Source: an uncultured Erysipelotrichaceae bacterium (lineage in GTDB: Bacteria; Bacillota_I; Bacilli_A; Erysipelotrichales; Erysipelotrichaceae). Taken from it: a stretch of DNA of 32,000 bases. Each line of letters begins with the position of its first letter. Position 1 is the stretch's first letter. The stretch spans positions 1,830,001 through 1,862,000 of the forward strand of contig OW818668.1 in the NCBI GenBank assembly GCA_942493105.1, in the 5' to 3' direction. Under the pieces are notes generated by a model. It worked only from the letters and a program-made list of their open reading frames with translations. It made no database searches and was not told the origin of the DNA. The position numbers were made by a program, and so were the translations under genes. Below, in pieces: positions 16,556 to 24,101 of the stretch.

Positions 16556-17969
16556 AAAGATCCTCCATCGGAATCAAGAACTGAGTTTGATCATTATCAT
16601 ATAAAACTTCTTGTTTAGGGATATTGAGTTCTTTAGACAAGAGTTCTACGATCTTGGCTTCACAAAACCCGCCTTGACATCTTCCACTACCTGGTCTTGT
16701 TCTACGTTTGATGCCTTTGACACTTTTGGTTTGAGATGGGGAATGGATCGCATTGATGACTTCCTGAAGCGATACATCTTCACACAGACAAACGATTTGT
16801 CCATAAGCAGGATTATGTTCAACCAAATTGTTGCGATGCTCCAAACTCATTTCTGAGAGTGGCTTGGGATGAATATACACATCACGTTCAATGAAGACTG
16901 GATTGAAAACAGGTTTTACGAAGGTTTCAAAAACATATTCTGCAATGGCTGGAGAACTGGCTAGTCCTGGTGAATCTATCCCAATCACATTGATCCATTG
17001 ATTGCGATTTTCTATGATGAAATCATTGGTGGGACTACTGGGCCTTACACCTGCAAATTGTCGGATCATGCGACTTTTAGGCAAAGGCTTAATCACTTCA
17101 CCGATCTTAAGATCGATTTCATTTAACCCTTCTTGGGTGCAAGAACCATCATAAGGATCATCCACCAACTCATTATTGGGTCCAAACAAGAGGTTTCCTT
17201 CAACTGTTTTTACTGCTAGGACACCTTTACCATGAACTGTAGGTAAAGGAAATAAGATATGATTTATGTATGAAGCATCACTCTTATCAGTAACCTGATA
17301 TTCCCCTTTTTTATACAATAAATGTATAGGATAATTCGGATCTTCTAAACGTGCGACTTTATCCCCATTGAGACCACTACAATTGATGACCATTTTTGAT
17401 TGATAACTTTGTTTAGAAGTGCTTACTGTAAAACAAGATCCTTTTTCAACTTTGAGTACGGGCTCACTGGTATGAAGCAAGACCCCATTTTGGCAAGCAT
17501 TATCCATCAAAGCATATCCCATTTGCCAAGGTAAAATGGCAGCTGTGGTTGGGAAAAACAGCGCTTGGATCACAGAATCTGCAATATGTGGTTCTTCAAG
17601 TCGCAGTTCTTTTTGATTCAGCATCTTACATGGGATGCCTCTACGATCGGCTTTGACCTTGATCGCCAACAATTTCTGGATCTCTTTTTCATGATGAGCT
17701 ACGATCATACTGCCACATTCCATCAAAGGAACTTGGAGTTTAGCACATAGATCTCTATACAATAAAGCGCCTCTCACATTCAGTTTAGATTTTAAAGGTT
17801 GATCCTCTGGATCATACCCAGTATGAATGATGCCGCTATTGGCACTACTGACTTCATTTAAAATTTCGGTATTCTTTTCTAATACTAAAACACTCAGTGA
17901 AGTCAAACTAAGTGTATATGCCATTTGTGAGCCAACGATTCCAGCGCCAATGATGATGATGTCAAACAT
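16542..17969 (-). CDS. FAD-dependent oxidoreductase, GlpA/GlpD-like glycerol-3-phosphate dehydrogenase with a C-terminal BFD-like [2Fe-2S] domain
   Basis: N-terminal motif DIIIIGAGIVGS is present. The C-terminal pattern CLCEDVS...GSGRCQGGFC is the BFD-like Cys pattern. The ATG at 17969 has GGAGG 6 nt upstream. Confidence 0.85.
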   Translation of the reverse strand: MFDIIIIGAGIVGSQMAYTLSLTSLSVLVLEKNTEILNEVSSANSGIIHTGYDPEDQPLKSKLNVRGALLYRDLCAKLQVPLMECGSMIVAHHEKEIQKLLAIKVKADRRGIPCKMLNQKELRLEEPHIADSVIQALFFPTTAAILPWQMGYALMDNACQNGVLLHTSEPVLKVEKGSCFTVSTSKQSYQSKMVINCSGLNGDKVARLEDPNYPIHLLYKKGEYQVTDKSDASYINHILFPLPTVHGKGVLAVKTVEGNLLFGPNNELVDDPYDGSCTQEGLNEIDLKIGEVIKPLPKSRMIRQFAGVRPSSPTNDFIIENRNQWINVIGIDSPGLASSPAIAEYVFETFVKPVFNPVFIERDVYIHPKPLSEMSLEHRNNLVEHNPAYGQIVCLCEDVSLQEVINAIHSPSQTKSVKGIKRRTRPGSGRCQGGFCEAKIVELLSKELNIPKQEVLYDNDQTQFLIPMEDLYETK

Positions 17970-17983
17970 AGGGTCCTCCAAGT

Positions 17984-18023
17984 AAAAAAGCGAAAACAAC
18001 TTTTGAATGGTTGGTCTCGCTTT
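17984..18023 (-). terminator. Leader terminator/attenuator upstream of the glpA-like operon (candidate GlpP target)
   Basis: The minus strand reads AGAAAGCGA-ga-CAAC-cattcaaaa-GTTG-tt-TCGCTTTTTT. It ends 14 nt before the ATG, just upstream of the RBS and downstream of the predicted promoter. Confidence 0.45.
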
Positions 18024-18050
18024 CTCTACCTGTGATTAACTTGTATTTAT

Positions 18051-18079
18051 ATTATACACCAAAACTTTTGTGACGTAAA
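18051..18079 (-). promoter_or_regulatory. Sigma-70-type promoter of the glpA-like operon
   Basis: The minus strand reads TTTACG (18079-18074), a 17-nt spacer, then TATAAT (18056-18051). Confidence 0.5.
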
Positions 18080-18262
18080 AGATAACCGACTAAAGTTGAT
18101 AAATTTAGTTATTTTTAATCATCAACCATAAAAATAATCGTTTTTTTAGTCTACAAACCCTTTGTCTTTTTACTAAAAATGAGATCTTTTCAGAATATGT
18201 CAGACTAGATTAAAATTCTTATATAGAAATGACATATTTCTTATCTTGTGTATATAAGTTGA

Positions 18263-18291
18263 TTGATAAGAGTACATTTGAAGTGTATTAT
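18263..18291 (+). promoter_or_regulatory. Candidate promoter of the nagA-like gene
   Basis: TTGATA (18263-18268), a 17-nt spacer, then TATTAT (18286-18291). The RBS AAGGAGG at 18301 follows closely. Confidence 0.4.
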
Positions 18292-18313
18292 TAAATATAT
18301 AAGGAGGATAGAT

Positions 18314-19507
18314 ATGATTATCCAATCAAGTCGAATTTATACTGAAAATGGTTGTGTAGACGGTTTTTTAGAGGTAGAAAATGGCAAGATCAAACGAATT
18401 TTGCCAAAGCATCTTAATGTTAAAGCTGACCTTAAGTACGGGGATCTTAGAATCATCCCAGGCATTTTTGATACTCATAATCATGGTGCTGTAGGATATC
18501 GTTTTGATGATGCGGATGAAGCTGGTTTAAAGGTTGCCCTTAAAGGACAAGCTGCATTTGGAGTCACTGGAGTATTGCCTACGATTTTAGATCTTGAACA
18601 ATTCCCTTTGATTGCTAAACTCGCCAATGAATTTGTGGATGGAGCTCAAGTATTAGGGATCCACTCAGAAGGACCTTGGGGCTCAAGAGTCGGCGAAAAA
18701 GGTATCAATACAGGTTATCCTTCAGTTGATCTCGATATTGCGAAAAAAATGGTTGAGTATGGAAAAGGCAAACTAGTTTTAGTAGATGTTGCACCTGAAG
18801 TAGAACATGCTCTTGAAGCAATCGATTATTTCGTTTCTCAAGGGGTTACCGTTTCTGCTTATCATACCAATGCGAACTTTGCAGAAGCCAATATTGGGTT
18901 TGATCATGGAGTCAGTGTTTCAACCCATTTGATGAATGTTATGACAGGCCTTCATCATCGTGATGTCGGTACAGCTGGTGCATCCATTCTTCGCGATGAC
19001 GTAACCTGCGAATTGATTTGTGATGGTCTTCATGTTTGTTTGCCAATGGTTCAATTGATCTTGCGTATGAAAGATCACGATAAAATCATGATGATCTCTG
19101 ATAATGGACAATACCTTGGTGCACCTACAGGTAAATACAAAGGATTGAAACGCAATGAGAATTCAGATCGTAAAGTGATCATCGTAACACCAGAGGGTTT
19201 CGTATTAAGTGAAACTGGTCGTTTATCAGGTAGCAGTAAAGCTGTGATCTATGGCATCAAAAACTTAGTTGAAGTTCTAAAGATGCCCTTAGAAGAAGTT
19301 GTTAAAATGAGCAGTTTGGTACCCAGTCAAAAATATGGATTTTATAATAAAGGTTCCATTGCTGCTGGTAAAGATGCTGACTTCGTTGTTATCACCGATG
19401 ACTATGATGTTAGAGCGACCTATTGTTTAGGTAAAGTCGTATTTGACAGTAAGAAAGAAAAAGTACCTTTCAACCAAGAATTCTTAAGAGACAACAAATT
19501 CGAATAA
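18314..19507 (+). CDS. nagA: N-acetylglucosamine-6-phosphate deacetylase-like amidohydrolase
   Basis: NagA-type metal-binding motifs are present: DTHNHG, HSEGPW, AYHTNA, THLMNVM. The ATG at 18314 is preceded by AAGGAGG with 6-nt spacing, whereas the track start at 18263 lacks an RBS. Confidence 0.8.
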   Translation: MIIQSSRIYTENGCVDGFLEVENGKIKRILPKHLNVKADLKYGDLRIIPGIFDTHNHGAVGYRFDDADEAGLKVALKGQAAFGVTGVLPTILDLEQFPLIAKLANEFVDGAQVLGIHSEGPWGSRVGEKGINTGYPSVDLDIAKKMVEYGKGKLVLVDVAPEVEHALEAIDYFVSQGVTVSAYHTNANFAEANIGFDHGVSVSTHLMNVMTGLHHRDVGTAGASILRDDVTCELICDGLHVCLPMVQLILRMKDHDKIMMISDNGQYLGAPTGKYKGLKRNENSDRKVIIVTPEGFVLSETGRLSGSSKAVIYGIKNLVEVLKMPLEEVVKMSSLVPSQKYGFYNKGSIAAGKDADFVVITDDYDVRATYCLGKVVFDSKKEKVPFNQEFLRDNKFE

Positions 19508-19531
19508 GCGTATTTATACTGAATATTTAAT

Positions 19532-19563
19532 AAAGAAACTCTGACATCGGAGTTTCTTTTTTT
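19532..19563 (+). terminator. Rho-independent terminator of the nagA-like gene
   Basis: AAAGAAACTC-tgacatcg-GAGTTTCTTT followed by TTTT. Confidence 0.75.
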
Positions 19564-19638
19564 AATCTAGATGAACACATTAATTAGTCTATTGCATGCA
19601 TTATTGATTTTTGCATGTTCATACCTAGATAACATTGC

Positions 19639-19667
19639 TTGACTAATCCATGGTTCAACACTAGAGT
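19639..19667 (+). promoter_or_regulatory. Candidate promoter of the FMN-binding lipoprotein gene
   Basis: TTGACT (19639-19644), a 17-nt spacer, then TAGAGT (19662-19667). Confidence 0.35.
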
Positions 19668-19680
19668 AATGATTGTCTTA

Positions 19681-19700
19681 GGTCACAATCTGTTGTGATC
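19681..19700. promoter_or_regulatory. 8-4-8 inverted repeat (operator-like) between the promoter and the RBS
   Basis: GGTCACAA-tctg-TTGTGATC, with 7 of 8 positions symmetric. It overlaps a competing hairpin, GATTGT (19671-19676) with ACAATC (19685-19690). Confidence 0.4.
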
Positions 19701-19713
19701 TGAAAGGAGACAC

Positions 19714-20058
19714 ATGAAGAAATTATTATTGTTGGCCATCATCGGCACACTATTGTTTGGAGCCTGTGCATCGGGTCCCAAAATCTATAAAAACGGAATC
19801 TATGAAGGAACAGGTGAAGGTAAAAAAGGACCTGTCGTTGTTTTGGTTGAATTTAAAAATGACAAGATCGTCGCGATAAAAATCACTAGTCAAATCGAAA
19901 CCGTTGAGATTGCTGCAGATGTATTGGCACAATTGCCAGGCAAGATCATTGCTGCTCAATCCACCGAAGGCCTAGATACTTATGCTGGTGCGACCTATAC
20001 TTATGATGCTATTTTAGATGCTGTCAATCAAACCATTGAAGCTGCTAAAATCAAGTAA
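19714..20058 (+). CDS. FMN-binding domain lipoprotein (PplA/RnfG-type flavinylation target)
   Basis: 114 aa. The signal peptide has a lipobox-like LLFGAC. The FMN_bind-like domain carries the flavinylation-type motif D-x-x-A-G-A-T (LDTYAGATYT). RBS is GAAAGGAG. Confidence 0.8.
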   Translation: MKKLLLLAIIGTLLFGACASGPKIYKNGIYEGTGEGKKGPVVVLVEFKNDKIVAIKITSQIETVEIAADVLAQLPGKIIAAQSTEGLDTYAGATYTYDAILDAVNQTIEAAKIK

Positions 20059-20077
20059 TTTATTAAAGTCAATTCAT

Positions 20078-20110
20078 AAAAAGGATCATGAACAATCATG
20101 ATTCTTTTTT
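20078..20110. terminator. Bidirectional terminator between the convergent lipoprotein gene and the Opu permease gene
   Basis: AGGATCATGA-acaa-TCATGATTCT (10 bp including one G-U pair), with AAAA upstream and TTTTT downstream. Confidence 0.7.
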
Positions 20111-20849
20111 ATGATTCAAATGTTTTGTATCTAAGTAAACGATCAGCAAACAAAGCCATTAAAATAACAGGCACAGAGCCCTGGATCACCATCACAGGGT
20201 CATAAGTACGAATGCCCGCAATGATGGGCACCCCAAAGCCTCCTGCTCCCACAGTGGCTCCTATGGTCGCTGCTGAGATGTTGATGACTAGTGCTGTTCT
20301 TATTCCTGCTAGTAGTGTGGGTTGAGATAACGGTAATTCAATTTTGATCAATTGTTGCCATTTAGAAAGCCCAACGCCTTTAGCAGCGTCAATAACCGGT
20401 GTCGAAATTGATTCCAGACCTACGATCGTATTACGCAATATCGGTAATATTGCATAAATGATCAACGCTAAAATAATTGGACGATCCCCATAACCATACA
20501 AAGGGACAGATAAGGCAATGATGGCTGCACTGGGGATAGTTTCTCCAATTGATGCCAATTTCAACGCCAACGCTTTTAATTCTTTAAGATGTGTATAATG
20601 AATGATCAACCCCAATCCTAACCCAATAACGATCGCAATGGAGGTTGAGATAAAAACGATGTTGAGATGTTGAAGTGCCAATTCAGCTAAACTTGTTCTT
20701 TGAATCAGATCTGGTCTTTGTCCTAACCATTCTAGAAACAAACTTCTGATGGTCGCAAAACCAAAAATCCACCATAAAAACAAAGCAAGATACAGACCAC
20801 TTACCCACCATTTTTTAACTAGAGTAAAAAGAGAATTATGCGATTTCAT
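20109..20849 (-). CDS. Osmoprotectant (glycine betaine/choline/carnitine-type) ABC transporter permease
   Basis: BPD_transp_1-type permease (EAA-loop region DAAKGVGLSKWQQLIKIELPL). The ATG at 20849 is preferred, and it overlaps the ATPase gene's 3' end. Confidence 0.85.
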   Translation of the reverse strand: MKSHNSLFTLVKKWWVSGLYLALFLWWIFGFATIRSLFLEWLGQRPDLIQRTSLAELALQHLNIVFISTSIAIVIGLGLGLIIHYTHLKELKALALKLASIGETIPSAAIIALSVPLYGYGDRPIILALIIYAILPILRNTIVGLESISTPVIDAAKGVGLSKWQQLIKIELPLSQPTLLAGIRTALVINISAATIGATVGAGGFGVPIIAGIRTYDPVMVIQGSVPVILMALFADRLLRYKTFES

Positions 20850-21798
20850 TATTGATGACCTTGCGTAACAATTCAATCACGGCATCATAGGTAACGATTA
20901 CGCGTGACCCATCCATCTTTTGAATCATGATTTCTTGAGATCCGCTTTGAAGAATCTCAGATAGGATTTCCTTGCTTGTGCTCAATTCATTCAGAGAGGA
21001 GAGTTGGTTTTTGTTTGAAGCTTGTTCAACTTTGATAAGTTCTAGATCCGCTAAAGTATAGCGTTTCAATAAGCGTAAAGGATAATCGGCTCCGATGAAT
21101 TCATTGACGAAAGCATCTTGTTTACCCTTAACTAAACCACCTGGTGTTTGTAGAGAAAGGATCTTACCTTTATGCATGATGGCGATGCGATCTGCCAACA
21201 AGATGGCCTCTTCCATATCATGAGTCACAAAGAGCACTGTTTTCTTAAGCTCACGCTGGATCTTTCTAAATGCCAATTGAATCTGTTCACGTGTCATGGG
21301 ATCTACAGCTCCAAAGGGTTCATCCATCAATAAAATGGAAGGATTAGCAGCCAAAGCACGACATACCCCTACCCGTTGTGCTTCTCCTCCAGAAAGTTCA
21401 TGTGGTTTTTTACTCAGATAGCTCATAGGAAGCCCAGTTAGATTCATCAATGTTTCAATTCGATTGATCGTTTTGGTTTTATCCCATTTTAAAAGTTGGG
21501 GAACGATGGCGATGTTGTCATATACGCTAAGATGAGGAAAAAGACCTACGCCTTGGATACAGTAACCCAGCTGTCGACGTAAATCTTCAACCTTGTAGGA
21601 CGAAATATTTTGACCGTTAACCAAAATTTCACCTTGATCTAAATCAACCAAACGATTGATGCTTCTCAATAATGTAGATTTACCACAACCAGAAGGTCCA
21701 ATCAAGACGACACATTCTCCATCTTGAACACTTAGATCGATTTGATCTAGCGCTACTATATCGCCATATCTTTTACTGACTTGTTTGAGTTGTATCAT
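20836..21798 (-). CDS. Osmoprotectant ABC transporter ATP-binding protein
   Basis: Walker A is GPSGCGKST, the signature is LSGGEAQRVGVCRA, Walker B is ILLMDEPFGA, and the H-loop is THD. The tail is OpuCA/OpuBA-like. GGGGG RBS is present. Confidence 0.9.
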   Translation of the reverse strand: MIQLKQVSKRYGDIVALDQIDLSVQDGECVVLIGPSGCGKSTLLRSINRLVDLDQGEILVNGQNISSYKVEDLRRQLGYCIQGVGLFPHLSVYDNIAIVPQLLKWDKTKTINRIETLMNLTGLPMSYLSKKPHELSGGEAQRVGVCRALAANPSILLMDEPFGAVDPMTREQIQLAFRKIQRELKKTVLFVTHDMEEAILLADRIAIMHKGKILSLQTPGGLVKGKQDAFVNEFIGADYPLRLLKRYTLADLELIKVEQASNKNQLSSLNELSTSKEILSEILQSGSQEIMIQKMDGSRVIVTYDAVIELLRKVINNEIA

Positions 21799-22939
21799 GG
21801 TATACCCCCATTATGTTTACTAATTTATGTTCTAGTAACTCAAAGATCTGATCAGACATCAAAGCCATAATCACCACTGGGATCGTACCTAGTAAAACCA
21901 AATCCGGAGCAGCTTGTGATAGACCTAGAAAGATCAATGCACCTAATCCTCCTCCTCCTACCAAACCCGCCAAAATGGTATTCCCAATATTTTGAGTAAG
22001 AGCGGTTCGAATACCGGAGATAATGATTGGAGAAGCCAAAGGAAAAGATACTTTCGTAAAGATTTGATAAGGTGTCATTCCCATGCCTTTGGCACTGTTA
22101 AGAACTGCTTCATCGACTTGTTGAAAACCGGCATAAGCATTGGCTACGATCGGCAATAAGCAATATAACGTTAACACAATGAAAGCTGGGGCAAAACCTA
22201 TCCCCTTGATGCCCCATTGAGAAAGGATCGGAAAGGCCTTTGATAGTAAACTTAATGGAATCATCACCAAACCCAACAAAGACAAAGTGGGTGCCACTTG
22301 AAATAGATTCACAAAACCCATGACCCATTCACGCCATTGACTGTGGGTATAACTGATATAGCCCAATAGTATCCCAGGTATGATGGCACTCAGTGCTGAG
22401 CTGAGGGCTAAGGTAAGATGTGTACTCATTGCTTTGATGAATGAGTCTTTAACATTATTAAACTCTTTCACCAAGCCTAGATTTGGGACGAGATTAAATA
22501 TTGCGCTAAGTGCGACCAATAAGACCATACTCAGTAAAAGCCATTTAAATGACTTGAATTGGCTCAAGATGATCAGTATGCCCAGTAATAAAACATAAAA
22601 ACCTATCCCTAGAGATACTCTTGCTGCGATGGGATTAAACTCAATTCCACTAACCGTAGCAGCAGATAAAGAAATCAGAGCCAAACTTGGTAAAAAGATC
22701 AAACTGATGATCAACCATTGGACCAAAGCCTTTAGATTTTCTTTTCTAATTTGAAGCATAAAAAGAATGATGATACCAAGGATTAAAGCAATTGTGATGG
22801 TTAGTCCAAAAAGATCAATTGGATATAGTAATATACCTTTTACCACTCGATTGGGTTTAAACTCACCTAAAGGCAAGGCAAAACATGCCAAGCCGATTAA
22901 GCCATATCCTAGAATGATCTTTAGTCTGGAAGACTTCAT
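21773..22939 (-). CDS. Osmoprotectant ABC transporter permease with an extra N-terminal membrane domain of about 170 aa
   Basis: The C-terminal ~210 aa is a BPD_transp_1 permease (NSAKGMGMTPYQIFTKVSFPLA). The N-terminal ~170 aa consists of additional hydrophobic helices. The start overlaps the stop of the binding-protein gene (ATGA). Confidence 0.85.
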   Translation of the reverse strand: MKSSRLKIILGYGLIGLACFALPLGEFKPNRVVKGILLYPIDLFGLTITIALILGIIILFMLQIRKENLKALVQWLIISLIFLPSLALISLSAATVSGIEFNPIAARVSLGIGFYVLLLGILIILSQFKSFKWLLLSMVLLVALSAIFNLVPNLGLVKEFNNVKDSFIKAMSTHLTLALSSALSAIIPGILLGYISYTHSQWREWVMGFVNLFQVAPTLSLLGLVMIPLSLLSKAFPILSQWGIKGIGFAPAFIVLTLYCLLPIVANAYAGFQQVDEAVLNSAKGMGMTPYQIFTKVSFPLASPIIISGIRTALTQNIGNTILAGLVGGGGLGALIFLGLSQAAPDLVLLGTIPVVIMALMSDQIFELLEHKLVNIMGVYHDTTQTSQ

Positions 22940-23868
22940 TTTTTCAAGAATTTATTTTCAATCAAATAAGCTTTAGCAACATCTTTGGCATCTAGTCCTT
23001 CATAAGCGACTTTCGCATTCAATGTTTGTAGTGTTTCTAAATCCAAAGATTCAAAGACAGGTTTCAGTAATGCTCTGATGCTTGGATAGACATCAAGGAC
23101 CGCCTTACGGATTACAGGTGCCGGTAAATACACTGGCGGAATCTGTTTTGGATCTTCCAATACGATCAAATCCAGTTGATCCAAAGCACCGTCTGTGCCA
23201 TAGACCAAAGAAGCATTGATCCCATTGGTGCCTTGAGACAAGGCTTGCAGCATTTCTGCTGTGTTACCTGATGATAATGAGATGATTTGATCATTGGTCA
23301 ATTTAAAATCATAGGCTTCTTCATAGCCCAATAGACCCATGGTATTTTCGATAAAACCAGCTGATGCAATCAGTTTAAATGGCTTTCCAGCATTGATGTA
23401 GGCCGCTAAATCAGCCATAGTGACTAAATTATTTGCTTGTGCAAAATCACGTTTCACCGCGATCATTTCAGTGTTATTGGCAGGGGCCGGTGTTAACCAT
23501 AAGAGATTGTTTTTTTCTCGATCCAGTTTTTCAGTAAAGGCATAACCGTCTTCAGGATCATTCCAAATCGAAGGGTCGGTCGCATCTTCAGGATGATAAT
23601 ACTGACCAGATCCGGTATAATCAACAACCAAATCCACTTCATCGTTTTCTAAAGCAGCACGTAAGATATCTGGTGTTCCAAAATAAAGTTTGTTTTCAGT
23701 TTTAATGCCTTTAGACTCCAGCATCAAAATAATCATATTGCCTAAGATCCCACCTTCAGAATCCAGCATCGTCGCAACGACCACAGGTTCTTTCTTTACA
23801 GTAGGTGCACAGGCAGTTAAAATACTAAGGCTTAATACTACAGCAATCATTTTAAAATATTTAGTCAT
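22936..23868 (-). CDS. Osmoprotectant ABC transporter substrate-binding lipoprotein (OpuBC/OpuCC-like)
   Basis: Signal peptide with lipobox LTAC and an OpuAC-type binding-domain pattern. The ATG at 23868 has GGAGG 5 nt upstream, whereas the track start at 23880 is a TTG. Confidence 0.85.
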   Translation of the reverse strand: MTKYFKMIAVVLSLSILTACAPTVKKEPVVVATMLDSEGGILGNMIILMLESKGIKTENKLYFGTPDILRAALENDEVDLVVDYTGSGQYYHPEDATDPSIWNDPEDGYAFTEKLDREKNNLLWLTPAPANNTEMIAVKRDFAQANNLVTMADLAAYINAGKPFKLIASAGFIENTMGLLGYEEAYDFKLTNDQIISLSSGNTAEMLQALSQGTNGINASLVYGTDGALDQLDLIVLEDPKQIPPVYLPAPVIRKAVLDVYPSIRALLKPVFESLDLETLQTLNAKVAYEGLDAKDVAKAYLIENKFLKK

Positions 23869-24021
23869 GTGGTCCTCCAAAAGTGTTCATCAGTTCAAGT
23901 TAGAATTTGATTCAACTTCGTATCCTGTCTTTATTTTACTCTACTTTTAACTTAAAACAAATATTATGAATGTTTATACTTAATGGTAAGGTCTTCATAG
24001 ATTTAAATAACATTGACAGTT

Positions 24022-24067
24022 CTTTTTGAGTCATCAAAAAGGTCTTGTTTACAAAGTTCTAAACAAG
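24022..24067 (-). terminator. Tandem hairpin terminator downstream of the HD-GYP sensor gene
   Basis: On the minus strand, CTTGTTTA-n8-TAAACAAG (24067-24044) is followed by ACCTTTTT. This overlaps a second hairpin, CTTTTTGA-n4-TCAAAAAG (24041-24022). Confidence 0.6.
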
Positions 24068-24101
24068 CTTCCGCATTTTATATAATCAACAGTCACATTT
24101 A

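Noticed and set aside
18100-18262. An 8-bp inverted repeat ATATGTCA...TGACATAT and a CTAG-centred sequence upstream of the nagA-like gene, considered as a NagR/dre-type operator
   Set aside because: The arms are 27 nt apart. The CTAG-centred sequence (AGACTAGAT) is not symmetric like the dre consensus. No NagR-type regulator is adjacent, and the region is AT-rich enough for chance matches.
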